NCBI GenBank assembly: GCA_963804165.1
Contig: CAWDPO010000010.1
Span: 1 to 64,000, forward strand
Source: an uncultured delta proteobacterium
GTDB lineage: Bacteria > Desulfobacterota > Binatia > UBA9968
Direction: 5' to 3'
DNA: 64,000 nucleotides
Under the pieces are notes generated by a model that made no database searches, was not told the origin of the DNA, and was given only the letters and a program-made list of their open reading frames with translations. Below, piece by piece: positions 51,963 through 62,356 of this stretch. Within the stretch, counting starts at the first letter, position 1. Each line of letters begins with the position of its first letter. The translations under genes were made by a program, and so were the position numbers.

Positions 51963-53775
51963 TCAACTGAACTCACGCGCGTCATCCGCGATGAACTGCG
52001 CGTGTAGTATCTGGACGCAGCAGAGCTTGAATAGGAAGCGATCGATATTCCGGCTGATCGCCCGCGGTAGTATCGGTATCGCCCTGATGAGCCGCAGTGT
52101 TCGCACGAAATGAACGCGATAGATTCCCGCGCGCCGTAGCGCCGGCGCTGATGCGTAGGTCGCGAGAAGGCGGTCGAGCGCCGCGTGCTTGCCGGGCAGC
52201 ATAGACGGCACCCGTGTCGAGAGTCCCCATTTCCGGCGTTCAACGACCTCCTTGGGAATCAACCCTTCCGCGATCTTCCTGATGATATATTTCTCGACGC
52301 CATCACGGATTTTGTGCTCGACTGGAATGTCGCGCGCGACTTCGAACAAGTGGTGATCCAAGAACGGCACACGGCCTTCTATCGAATGCGCCATTTCCGT
52401 TCGATCCCCATATGCGCACAGGATCACACGAGGCAAATGCGTGACGAGTCGTCGATACTGAAGTTGAACGACGGCAGTCCTGCCTTCGATCTGTTCGGAG
52501 TCGTTCCCGCGCTCCTGTCCCTCAGGTAAGACCCTCGCGTAGATCGACTTTGGCGCAGCAACGAGCAATCTCCCGAGAAGACGGGAGAACCACGCTGAGA
52601 GCAACGCTCGTCGAGACGGCGAAAAAGAGCTGTCTCTACCCGCAAAGTTGCGAAACAAGTGGTAGCCGAGAAACACCTCGTCGGCGCCTTCGCCCGTCAG
52701 AACGACCTTCACGTGCCTCTGCGCCAATTCCGAAAGTAAGTACTTGCCGACCGGTGCAAGGTCAGCCGAGAGGCGTCTCGACGTGCCAGAGACACCGTTC
52801 AAGGTTCCGCAAGAGCGTCTCGGTCGTGACTTCCAGCACATGGTGTTCGACCCCGACATGGCGTGCGATGAGTTTCGCGATCTCGGCCTCGTTGTAAGGC
52901 TCACCCTCGTCGACAAAGGCAATCGTGAACGCATGGGGTGTCCAGCGCACGAGTGTTTTCACCTTCGCGGCGACCAGCGCCGAGTCTATCCCGCCACTCA
53001 GGTAGAGCCCGACAGGCACGTCGGCTCTGAGGCGTAGGCGAATTGCCTCGGTCAAGACCCGATCGGTTTCTTCCTTGTACTCCTCGAAGGTCCGGGACGT
53101 GTCGTACGCCGAAGCGCGCGGAAAATTGGGTCGCCAATAGGACGTCACGCGCGGTGTGCCGTTGACGACATCGAGGACGACCGCCGTCGCAGGCGGCACA
53201 TGCTCGACACCGCGGAATAAGGTTGCTCCGTCATTGCTTGGCGCGTTGAAATCGATCTCTCGTTCGACGAGCCCGGTTCCGAACAGACCCTTTATTTCGG
53301 ACGAGAAGGCCCACCCGCCGGCCTTTGTTCGGGCGACGTACAGCGGCTTGATGCCGAAACGGTCACGTGCCGCTATCAAGCGACCGAGTGCTCTGTCGTA
53401 GAGCAGGAAGGCAAACTCGCCGCGAAGGTGTTCGTAGAAGCGTTCGCCGTACTTGAGATAGAGATGAATGATCAATTCCGAGTCACTGTTACTCGCGAAT
53501 CGAGAGCCCTCTCTTTCAAGCTCGCTGCGCTGCCGCTCGAAATCGTATATCTCCCCGTTACACACCAGAGCGAGACGAGCATCATGGCTGTACAGTGGCT
53601 GGGCGCCAGTCTCCAGGTCGATGATGGACAGGCGAGCGTGACCCAGCCCGAGATGCCGGTCGGGTTCTAGAAACACGCCATGGCCGTCAGGGCCCCGGTG
53701 GCGCAGCAGCCTCAGCGACGCTTCCAGTCGAGAGCTATCCAGCGACGGATCGACGACTCCAACAATCCCGCACAT
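51963..53775 (-). CDS. Asparagine synthase (glutamine-hydrolyzing)-like amidotransferase; frameshift near 52765
   Basis: MCGIVG, HRGPD, RLSIID, NGEIYD, RDRFGIKPLY, LSGGIDS, LTGEGADEVF.GY, E.RVPFLD. Confidence 0.88.
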
Positions 53776-54062
53776 CTCCTCTCCTATCGCGAGCGCTAGC
53801 ACTTGCCTTATCCGTCATAAAAGAAACTGAACTCTTGCCACGTGATTTGGGGCGTCTCGTGGGGCTCATCATTGTCCTTTTCTTGCGACCACTCTTTCTT
53901 CGATAAGCGAGATCAACGGCTCGGTCGGATGAGACGTAGGATCATTCCGTTGGAGAATTCAATTCAATTACAGGATTAACGCCTGAGCCGTGCCGCCGCC
54001 ATAGCGTACGCGCTGCGGGGCGGTAGCAGTTGTCACGACGGCTGCGTAACCTTGTCCCTCCG

Positions 54063-55196
54063 CTATTCCGGCCCGCCGGGCTCCGGCGGGAATTGTGTGC
54101 GGGAAGACTCTGCCGTTCTTTGAGATGAGAGAGTTTCGACCTGATTCAATCTGGGGTGGGCAACCGAGTCAAGCGCCCGCGCGCGGCGGTTGTAGCGAAT
54201 CGAAGCGATGAAAGCGGTCACGATGAATCCCGCTCCGATCAGCCCGGTGATGATTTCGGGAATATGCTTCACCGCGTTCAGAAACATCATCAGCGCGAGA
54301 GCGATGATCGCGTAGAACGCGCCGCACTCCAGATAGCGATACGACGCCAGTGTCTCGCGCTCCACCAGCATGATCGTCAGGCTGCGCACGAACATAGCGC
54401 CCACGCCGAGGCCTATCGCAATGATGAAAAGATTGTTCGACAGCGCGAAGGCGCCGATCACGCCATCGAAACTGAAGCTCGCGTCGAGCACTTCGAGGTA
54501 AAGAAACGACGCCGCGCCGGATTGCGCCAGTTCCCCGGTGAGCGCTGACTCGACATTGAGCAGCGCCGAAACTCCGTCTACCGCGATGTAGGTGACGAGC
54601 CCGAAAATCCCGGCGGCGAGGAATTCAAACTGCTCGTCGCCGAGAAGCCACGTCGAGACAAAATAGAGTAAGAGAAGGACCAGTCCCAGTTCCAACGCCT
54701 CGATGCGGCCGAGGCGGGTAAGTGGCCGCTCGATCACACCGATCCAGTGCACATCCTTTTCCTGGTTGAAAAAATGTTTGAGGCCGACCATGGCGAGAAA
54801 CGCGCCCCCGAAAGCCGAGACCGAGATGTGCGCGCTGGTAAGCACGCGCGAGTAGTGGTCCGGGTCTGTGGCTGCCATGACCAGCGCTGAAACCGGATCG
54901 GTGCGCGCGATGATCGCGACAATGACCAGCGGGAAGATAACCCTCATGCCGAAGACCGCAATGGCGATACCCCAGGTGATGAATCGCCGCCGCCATACTG
55001 GGGGCATTTTCTTCAGCACCACCGCGTTCACGACGGCGTTGTCGAACGAAAGGGAGACCTCGAGGATCGCGAGCACCGCGACAATGAACATCGTCGAAAG
55101 GGCGCCGGTCCAGCTGTGTGTCGCACCCCAGCCGAGAAAAGCCCCGAGTGCGAGCCCGGCAGCGGTTAGCAATAATGAGTTGCGGAAGTAGCCCAT
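54063..55196 (-). CDS. DUF475/TerC-like integral membrane protein
   Basis: LEVSLSFDNAVVNA, FLYLEVLDASFSFDGVIGAFA, GAMFVRSLT. Confidence 0.88.
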   Translation of the reverse strand: MGYFRNSLLLTAAGLALGAFLGWGATHSWTGALSTMFIVAVLAILEVSLSFDNAVVNAVVLKKMPPVWRRRFITWGIAIAVFGMRVIFPLVIVAIIARTDPVSALVMAATDPDHYSRVLTSAHISVSAFGGAFLAMVGLKHFFNQEKDVHWIGVIERPLTRLGRIEALELGLVLLLLYFVSTWLLGDEQFEFLAAGIFGLVTYIAVDGVSALLNVESALTGELAQSGAASFLYLEVLDASFSFDGVIGAFALSNNLFIIAIGLGVGAMFVRSLTIMLVERETLASYRYLECGAFYAIIALALMMFLNAVKHIPEIITGLIGAGFIVTAFIASIRYNRRARALDSVAHPRLNQVETLSSQRTAESSRTQFPPEPGGPE

Positions 55197-55301
55197 ACGT
55201 GTCTTGTCTGAAGTCTTACAGTTTTTACTCCTATTGGGGAATCCGTAGCGAGCCTGAAACTTTGTGGCCTTTGTGTTCTTTGCAGATAAATTTCCGATTC
55301 T

Positions 55302-56309
55302 CTACTTCCCCGGATAGCGCTTCGCCATCTCGTTGAAGAACCCTTCCTTCTCCAGCTCCTGCAAGAAACTCATGTCGACGAACTGCTCGGGTTTCGCCGT
55401 TTTCGCCTGCGGCATCGTCGGCGCGAGCCGGTCCAGGAGAAACTGCAGGCCTTTGAGTGTCGGGTAGGGTTTCCTCGGCGTCGTATTGATGTAGGCTTGG
55501 TAGGATGTCTCCAGCACTTCGGCGTCGCTCGTGCGCATGTATTTGCCGAAAACTTTTTGCGTCGCCTGCTTGTTGCTGAAAATATAATTGATGCCTTCGA
55601 TGTACCCTTTCAACGCCGACTTGACGACATCCCGATTGCTCTTGATATAAGCACGGGTCGTCGCCATGCCGTTGCCCTGCACCTCGACTTTGAGGTCGGG
55701 AATCCGGACCAGCTCGACGAGTCCCATGCGTTTGGCGATCGGCAGCGACGACGAATTGAAGACTCCCGCGTCGATCTTTCCCGCCGACATCGCCGCGAGA
55801 CGTTCGGCGTCGGGACCGCCCGGCACCAATTGAATATCCTTGTCGGGATCGAGCTTGAGATGCTGCGCGAGTATGATCGCCGCGAAGTGGGTCGCCGCGC
55901 CGAAACCGCTGATGCCGATTCTTTTGCCTTTCAGTTGTTCGAGCCGCGTGATTCCGGGCTGGGCGAAGACTGTCGAATCGTAATAAATTTCCACTCCGGC
56001 GATCAGCACGAGGTCGAATCCCGCCAAGCCGGCCTGGACTACCTGACCGATGCTCATCAGAGGGGGATCGCCGCCCGCCAACGCCTGAATCGCCAGTTGC
56101 CCGCCGCGCAGAAATATCGGCTCCACGTCGAGGCCGTATTTTTTGAACAGTCCTTCGTCCTTCGCCACCCAGATATGGCCTTGACGAAAACCCGAGTGAG
56201 GGATAACCGAAGCGGACTTTTTTTAAGCTCCTGGGCGACAGCAAAGTGGCGAGTAGAATCTGAGACTTAGAAGAGATAAAGAGGATGAATTTCCGTGCGC
56301 GTCAGACAT
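55302..56309 (-). CDS. SsuA/NMT1-like ABC substrate-binding protein (5' frameshifts, start approximate)
   Basis: WVAKDEGLFKKYGLDVE, LKGKRIGISGFG, RLAAM..GKIDAG. Confidence 0.85.
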
Positions 56310-56521
56310 AATTGAACTCATGCGCAAAATTGCCTACCTGCGACAACCGAAGCTAACTTCTTTTCCATGTTCTCCGCGATTACAAGGTTTCCTCATGCAT
56401 CGAGCGGGAATCAATGCGTCATTGCAAGGTCTCTCCGCTCGTCCTGAACGCGTCGAAGGATGAGGGAGACGTTGGGAACCCGCCAATCGCTGCCCTGCGC
56501 TCCGGTGAACATCGCGACATT

Positions 56522-57532
56522 TTACAGCCCGAAAATCTCGCGAAACTCCTTGATGGTCTGATTGAATTGCGGCCCCGTCTGGGACGGCTCAACCTGCAAT
56601 TTCAGCTTCGACTGCTCCATTCTCGGCGAGAACGGTTCGATGTCGGGTCGCGCCGGTATCCTGCGTAGCGTGCGCAAACGCTGCTGCGCCGGTTTTGACA
56701 AGAGAAAGTCATAGAACAGCTTGGCCGTGTTCGGATGCGGCGGCTTGGCGCTGATGCCCGCCGCGTTGACGGTGACGACGATGGGATTGACGGTGTTCAC
56801 CCACTCCACCGGCGCACCCCGCTGTCTCATCTCTTCGATGCGGTGCGCGTAAACGACTCCGAGGGGAAATTCTCCCGCCGCCATGAGCTGGGCGATCAGC
56901 GTGTGGCCCTTGCGCCATTGGATTCCGTGCTTGGCCAGCGCGCGCATGTATTTCTGCGCCCGTTCACGACCCCAAGCTTTGTGCAACGTGCCGTACCAGG
57001 GATATTGCTCCTGATCGATGGAAAGCTTGCCCTTCCACTTCGGATCCAACAAATCTTCCCACTGCTTCGGCGCTTCTTTTTCGCTGACCATTTTGGGATT
57101 GTATCCGATGGTGGCGTAGTTGATGTAGACGGCGGTCCAGTGACCGTTTGGGTCTTTGAACTCGGGAATAAAGTTTTTCGCTTCCGGCGAACGATACGGT
57201 TGGAGCAGTTTGGCTTCGATCAGCGCATCGACTTCGCTGATCGTAATGATGTCGACATCGGAGCGGCCCGCCCGGGACTCCGTGACGATTCGATTGAGAG
57301 TTTTCTCGCCGCTGGCGCGGAAGATCTCACCCTTGATAAATGGATACTGTTTTTCAAAGTCGTCGAGCAGCGGTTTCGATTCAGTCACGTTGGTCGACGT
57401 GTACCAAAGCAACTTGCCTTCCTTCTTCGCGGCTTCGACGAGCTTGGTTCGCTCGTCAGCTTGACCCCACGCGAGTTCACTGATGAGCAGCGAAATCGCA
57501 ACGACCCATACAGCAGAAACTTTCACGAACAT
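56522..57532 (-). CDS. Extracellular solute-binding protein (Fe3+-type ABC family)
   Basis: AAKKEGKLLWY, WEDLLDPKWKG, PHPNTAKLF.DFLLS. Confidence 0.88.
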   Translation of the reverse strand: MFVKVSAVWVVAISLLISELAWGQADERTKLVEAAKKEGKLLWYTSTNVTESKPLLDDFEKQYPFIKGEIFRASGEKTLNRIVTESRAGRSDVDIITISEVDALIEAKLLQPYRSPEAKNFIPEFKDPNGHWTAVYINYATIGYNPKMVSEKEAPKQWEDLLDPKWKGKLSIDQEQYPWYGTLHKAWGRERAQKYMRALAKHGIQWRKGHTLIAQLMAAGEFPLGVVYAHRIEEMRQRGAPVEWVNTVNPIVVTVNAAGISAKPPHPNTAKLFYDFLLSKPAQQRLRTLRRIPARPDIEPFSPRMEQSKLKLQVEPSQTGPQFNQTIKEFREIFGL

Positions 57533-57758
57533 GATTTTGCCTCCAAACCTTTAAAAGACTATTTCCAGGACCAATTGGCTGCCCGGAAAGTCGTACGAGT
57601 ATAGGAAATAACTTTGACAGTCAACGTCGCGTGAGTTCACGGGATGCTGCGTTTGTCGCTGGCGGCACGGGAACTAGCTTCCTCTCCTTCGACTGGAGAG
57701 GAATGAGCTGAGGGTATCGATAGACTGATAAACCCCTCATCCTGTTCCTTCCCCGCAA

Positions 57759-57887
57759 GAGACTGTGTCTTTATTCATTCTGCTCCGCAGGCAAAGAATC
57801 TCGTCTTCGCAACTAGCTGAAACAGCGAGATGCTTCGCGTTGTTCCGCATGACATCCCTGGAATCGCACGAATTGCGACACAGTCTC
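57759..57887. repeat. MITE-like element with GAGACTGTGTC TIRs (copy 1)
   Basis: gagactgtgtc ... gcgacacagtctc; related copy at 61082-61236. Confidence 0.7.
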
Positions 57888-57970
57888 CCAAGGGGAGAGA
57901 AAAATTCGTTCGACGCAATTTTTACGGTTTTCCCGGAGCAGAACCAATTTGGCGACACAATGAGTCGGGT

Positions 57971-58954
57971 CTAGCTCAGGTAACCGCGCTCGCGCCAATA
58001 ACGTTCGGCGGCGGTATGGAGTGGTACTTCGAGATGGCCTTCCGGCGTGTCACGCACCATTTGTGCAAGCGGCAGCGGCCCTTCTTGCGCCCAGGGGATG
58101 CACTCCTTGCTCTCTTCCAGCGCCCGGCAAAAGTCGGCGACGAATGCGTCGGTTGTGTCTCGATGGGTGTAAATCGGCCAGCCGCTGAAATCGAGCGTCG
58201 GCACGTCCGCGCTGAGATGCGGGAAAGATTTCTTTTCGATCAGACCGCGGCGCAGTCCCACCGTTTCGAGTCGTTGCAAAATGCTTTCATCCAAGGCGAG
58301 AAAAGTCATGCCCAGCTCCAGCGCCATATTCCCCCAGGCGCTGGCGCCCTCGTCGAAGATCGCGTCGATGTCGCCGCGCTGCATCGCGCCGATGCGATTG
58401 GCGCCGTAGGCCATGCCGGCGTCATAGCGCACTTTGCCGCCCCAGGAAACGATATCGTCCAGGGAGAATCCCGCCGCTTTCAGCACATGATCGACGATCA
58501 GATGAAGCGAGTGATCCGGCTGAGCGCGCAGCGAAACTCGCAACGGAAACTTGCGTGCGCGAATGTCGCTGAACGAAATAAGTCCGGTTTCGCGCTTGAC
58601 CGCGAAAACCATCTGGTCCAAAGCTGGCAACACCGCGATCACGCGCAGCGGAATCGGTTCTTTAAACGGCGCGCTGCCGAGCGCAGCGAGCTTGAGAATC
58701 ATCGACGGATTGATGATCGCGAACTGGACTTTGCCCGCGGCGACTTCGTCGATCGTCGCCGGACTGTCGCTGGCGAACAACGTCAGCGGCCACTCGTCCG
58801 CGCCCTGCTCGCGCAGGCTGGTCCGCGCTTGGAGATACGGAAAGTCTTTTCGACTGACGAGCTGCGACGCTACTTCGAGCATCAGGCGCGAGCGCGTCGT
58901 GTGCGGATGCGTGCGCATCCGCGTCGGCTTGAGCTCGGTTTTTTTCTCGTTCAT
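57971..58954 (-). CDS. TAXI-family TRAP solute-binding protein-like
   Basis: V..GKVQFAIINP, GL.SFSDI, GDIDAIFDE, VPLH.AAERYWRERG. Confidence 0.78.
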   Translation of the reverse strand: MNEKKTELKPTRMRTHPHTTRSRLMLEVASQLVSRKDFPYLQARTSLREQGADEWPLTLFASDSPATIDEVAAGKVQFAIINPSMILKLAALGSAPFKEPIPLRVIAVLPALDQMVFAVKRETGLISFSDIRARKFPLRVSLRAQPDHSLHLIVDHVLKAAGFSLDDIVSWGGKVRYDAGMAYGANRIGAMQRGDIDAIFDEGASAWGNMALELGMTFLALDESILQRLETVGLRRGLIEKKSFPHLSADVPTLDFSGWPIYTHRDTTDAFVADFCRALEESKECIPWAQEGPLPLAQMVRDTPEGHLEVPLHTAAERYWRERGYLS

Positions 58955-59021
58955 ATTTTACTCATAGATTGCGTGTAGGGCAGACCTCTGTGTCTGCCCT
59001 CTCGAACGGGCGACCACCTAG

Positions 59022-59219
59022 GGTCCTGTCTCAGAAGTTCGCGACATAATTCTCGCGTCATTCCGTCGGAAAATCTCCCCCTTCCCCTCTTTGGCAAAGA
59101 GGGGTGAGAATCGCACGGAGAAAATTCCCCCTTTGAAAAAGGGGACAAAGGGGGATTTGAGTTCAACTTCAGTGGCTGCCATCGTTTGGACTTTTTAAAC
59201 GAACTTCTGAGACGCCACA
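59022..59219. mobile_element. MITE with 14-bp inverted-repeat core inserted at CTAG inside a GTAG-type REP
   Basis: gtctcagaagttcg (59028-59041) / cgaacttctgagac (59200-59213); CTAG at 59018 and 59220; splits gggcgaccac|ggtcgcccctac. Confidence 0.7.
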
Positions 59220-59282
59220 CTAGGGTCGCCCCTACAATCGTTGCGAACCTAAATGCAACCCGTACGATATAGACCGCTCATA

Positions 59283-60278
59283 CTACTTCAGCTTCAGCTC
59301 CCGATACGCTTCGCGCGCCAGGGCAAAATCCGCGACGCGGGAAATCGGCACCGGCTGCTTGGTATTGGAAACTTTCAAGCTTTCATCGATTGCCGCCTGC
59401 AGCGCCTGGTCGGAGGCCACACCGCTGTCCGTCCAGGTTCTTATCATCATATCGAAGGCTTTCTCGGCGACTTCCCGTTCAAGTTTCCATTTCGTCATGA
59501 TCAGCGCGATGGAATCCTGGCGTTGCGCGCGTGCATGAGCCATACCTCTATAAGCAACTGCGATTATTTTTTTGATCTGATCCGGCCGCTGTTGCAGCCA
59601 ACGGTCGGATACGCCGAAGCCGCCGTTGATACTTTCCAGCGTGTCGCCCATGAATGCCAGCCGGCGAAGCCCTAGACGCTCGGCATGAATGTCCGCGGGA
59701 AGCGTCAGTGTGGTGGCGTCTACGGCGCCAGCTCGGAGCGCTTGAAGCCGGTCAGGCGTGTTGCCGATAACGCGCAAGGTCATTTCCTTGTCGGCATCGA
59801 TGCCGGCGTCCTTGAGCAAGCGCCTCGACAAAAAGGATTCTCCGGATGTCAGAGTGGCAACTCCCAAGACTCGCCCTTTGAGCTCTTTAATCGAATGAAT
59901 ATCGGCGCGCGACATCAACGAAAACAACGGTCGATCGTTGTAAATCATCACGATCTTTACTGGCAAGCCGCGAACCGCAGCGTTGAGTATCGTCCCGGCG
60001 AAGATCGCATACTGAATGTCCCCGGAAACCAGGGCCGTCACCGCGATGGTCGGCGGAATATTGATGAGCTCGGCGTCGAAACCGGCTTGCTCGAAAAACC
60101 GGTTTTCTTTGGCGACGGTAATCGGAAAAGGAATGAGCCCGCCGACGGAGTAGGCAATGCGAACCTTTTCCAGTTCGCGGGTTGCGGCGAGCGCAAGCTG
60201 CGCGGTGAAGTATAGGACCAATTGGACGAATATGACCAATTGGAAAAAAGATCGTCGGTTTGTCCGGCTATGCTTCAT
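59283..60278 (-). CDS. SsuA/NMT1-like ABC substrate-binding protein
   Basis: VAKENRFFEQAG, ALVSGDIQY, KELKGRVLGV, RLQALRAGAVDA. Confidence 0.85.
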   Translation of the reverse strand: MKHSRTNRRSFFQLVIFVQLVLYFTAQLALAATRELEKVRIAYSVGGLIPFPITVAKENRFFEQAGFDAELINIPPTIAVTALVSGDIQYAIFAGTILNAAVRGLPVKIVMIYNDRPLFSLMSRADIHSIKELKGRVLGVATLTSGESFLSRRLLKDAGIDADKEMTLRVIGNTPDRLQALRAGAVDATTLTLPADIHAERLGLRRLAFMGDTLESINGGFGVSDRWLQQRPDQIKKIIAVAYRGMAHARAQRQDSIALIMTKWKLEREVAEKAFDMMIRTWTDSGVASDQALQAAIDESLKVSNTKQPVPISRVADFALAREAYRELKLK

Positions 60279-60317
60279 TCTAGTTAAACGTTCTGCTGCG
60301 ACGCAGTCGGTGTTCAT

Positions 60318-61035
60318 TTACGGCCAGCGATTGCGATTTTGCGGCCGCTTGGCCCAGTAGTCTTCGAAGGCTTTCGCGTCCTGCCCGCTCATAGACGCGC
60401 CGATGAGTGGCTTGGTCGGCTTCATGAAGCATGACTCGCTCCGAATACTGCAAGTGGATCACCTTTCCTTCCGTGGCCGCGTTTTCCGCGAGCATCAAGT
60501 CATCCAAAAACTGCCGCAGCTCGCGATGATTCGCCATGTTGCTGCGAAACATCAGCCGGCCGTCCTTGTGGATCACAAAGAGCGCGTTGGGCCAGACTCC
60601 GTAGGCGCGGTGAATTCTGCCGTCGAGATGATCGACGAGGATCGGCAACCAGACATTTTCCAGCCGCTGCAAATCACGCGCGTAAGCGAGTTTCTGTTCG
60701 AAGGAAGTATGCGCGCCGTAGTTTTCCGCCGGATGCGATTCACGCGTGTAGAGCAGGAAAAACGACACGCCGCTGCCTTCGAATTCTCGCGCCAATCGAT
60801 TGAACTCCGGCACTTCGAACGCACACATGGGACTCGTCACCGCGCCGGTCATCATGACGACGTGACGTTTGTCGCGAAAGTCGGTCAAGCGAACGACCTT
60901 GCCCTCTAAATCAGAAGCTTCGAAAGCGGGAGCGGCTACGCCGACCTTCGCCGGCATAGTTTCTCCCGGATTCGTCGGCGCGGGAGCCGCGGCGACGAAT
61001 TCCTCCGAATTGTAAGCGCGTTCTTCGTCGGTCAT
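60318..61035 (-). CDS. Peroxiredoxin/AhpC-fold, deiodinase-like protein (frameshift near 60380)
   Basis: APAFEA.DLEG..V.L.DF, GAVTSPMC, YTRESHP, YG.WPN. Confidence 0.72.
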
Positions 61036-61081
61036 TGAGCGATCACCATGTCGTTGGGGCTATAGAACTTCCTCTCCCTAC

Positions 61082-61236
61082 GAGACTGTGTGGCAATGTC
61101 ATCCTGAGGCGATAGCCGAAGGATCTCGTCTTCGGAAGCAGCAGCAAACGCGAGATTCTTCGCGGAGTTTATCCTGAGTCCCACCGAAGGACTCAGAATG
61201 ACGTTTATGTAAGTTTCGCAATTGCGATACAGTCTC
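61082..61236. repeat. MITE-like element with GAGACTGT TIRs (copy 2) carrying an internal hairpin
   Basis: gagactgtgtggcaat ... gtcatcctgag ... ctcagaatgac ... attgcgatacagtctc. Confidence 0.7.
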
Positions 61237-61284
61237 TAAAGAGACAGGGAAATTCTTTTCTGCTCGTATTCTTTATACACGAGG

Positions 61285-62304
61285 TCATCGTGTCTGCTCC
61301 CGATACACGCCGATCGCCTCTTGCAGCGGGCGGTCGGTGGTCGAGAAAAGAACTGCGGGAACGTTTGCCGAAGAATTTTTATGGTGGTGCCAGCTCCAAT
61401 TCGGCACGACAAAGAAGTCTCCCGCGTCCCATTCAAGTTTTTCGCCTTCGACTTCGCTGACACCGCTACCTTCGACGGCGTAGTAAAGCTGATTCGACGT
61501 GTGGCGGTGTTCTTGCGTTTCCTTCCCGCCGTCGAGCATTTGAATCCAGCAGGAAAAAGTTGGAAACGTCGAGCCGCCGGTCACCGGATTGCGATACTCA
61601 AGGCATTTGCCGTCGTACTCGCTTTCGCTCCCCGGCAGCATTTCGGCCAAGGCGCGGCGGGTCTCGTGCCATTTATAGACAAGAGATTTCAACGGCCGGC
61701 CCGGCGGCGCGAGCAGACCGGGATTGCGCACGGCGGTGTCCACCGGGCTATTGTAAAGCCGCACGTCTTCGGCGGGATGCGGCTCCTGAAACATCGTGCG
61801 CAGCATGCGCATCAAACCCGAGTCGAGACAGTCGATCCAGATCGCGTCGCGCTCGGTTTCGTTGATGTGGTTGTGATATCCCCAACTCGGTTGAATCACT
61901 AAATCGCCGCGCTCCATCACGCATCTCTCGCCGTCGGTGATTGTGTAGACGCCGGCGCCGCCTTCGATGACGAAACGCATGGCCGCGTTGGTGTGGCGAT
62001 GGGAATAAACCGCCTCGCCCGCCTTGACCAGTTGCACGGCCATGTTCAACGTGTGGCTGGTGCTGTCGCTCATGTTGGGATGAACCAGGCTGATGGCGCG
62101 GCGCGCGCCTTTATAATTGGTCGTAATGAGCTTGCCCGCCGCTTCCAGCCCCGTGCGAATCTTTGCCCATTTCCATAGGATCGGCTTGCCGAACGGCGCC
62201 GGCTCGCGGCGTATCGTCTCCTCGCGCGCCCAAAGGCCGCGCATGGAATCTTTGGCCAATTCGGCGTCGAGAGATTTGAGATCGGTAATTTGATCAGAAC
62301 TCAT
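61285..62304 (-). CDS. Gentisate 1,2-dioxygenase-like bicupin
   Basis: RRAISL.HP, HRHT.AAMRFVIEG, P.W..HNH, Y.NPVTGG, HRHTS, WHHH. Confidence 0.85.
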   Translation of the reverse strand: MSSDQITDLKSLDAELAKDSMRGLWAREETIRREPAPFGKPILWKWAKIRTGLEAAGKLITTNYKGARRAISLVHPNMSDSTSHTLNMAVQLVKAGEAVYSHRHTNAAMRFVIEGGAGVYTITDGERCVMERGDLVIQPSWGYHNHINETERDAIWIDCLDSGLMRMLRTMFQEPHPAEDVRLYNSPVDTAVRNPGLLAPPGRPLKSLVYKWHETRRALAEMLPGSESEYDGKCLEYRNPVTGGSTFPTFSCWIQMLDGGKETQEHRHTSNQLYYAVEGSGVSEVEGEKLEWDAGDFFVVPNWSWHHHKNSSANVPAVLFSTTDRPLQEAIGVYREQTR

Positions 62305-62356
62305 GATCTTGGTCCTCTTCGCACCAAATGAGGGCGACCGCCGGTCGCCCCTACGT

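Noticed and set aside
51963-53775. Lasso peptide cyclase cluster
   Set aside because: The protein keeps an intact N-terminal Cys glutaminase domain, and no precursor peptide, B protein or RRE gene is adjacent.
15584-55480. Gene-tail duplicates as template/variable repeats of a diversity-generating retroelement
   Set aside because: No reverse transcriptase in the window, and differences are not adenine-specific (mostly synonymous changes and indels).
57830-58978. 382-aa plus-strand ORF and similar long antisense ORFs (23-913, 28993-29886, 32819-33709, 56735-57604)
   Set aside because: Shadows opposite well-supported genes, expected from GC-rich codon bias.
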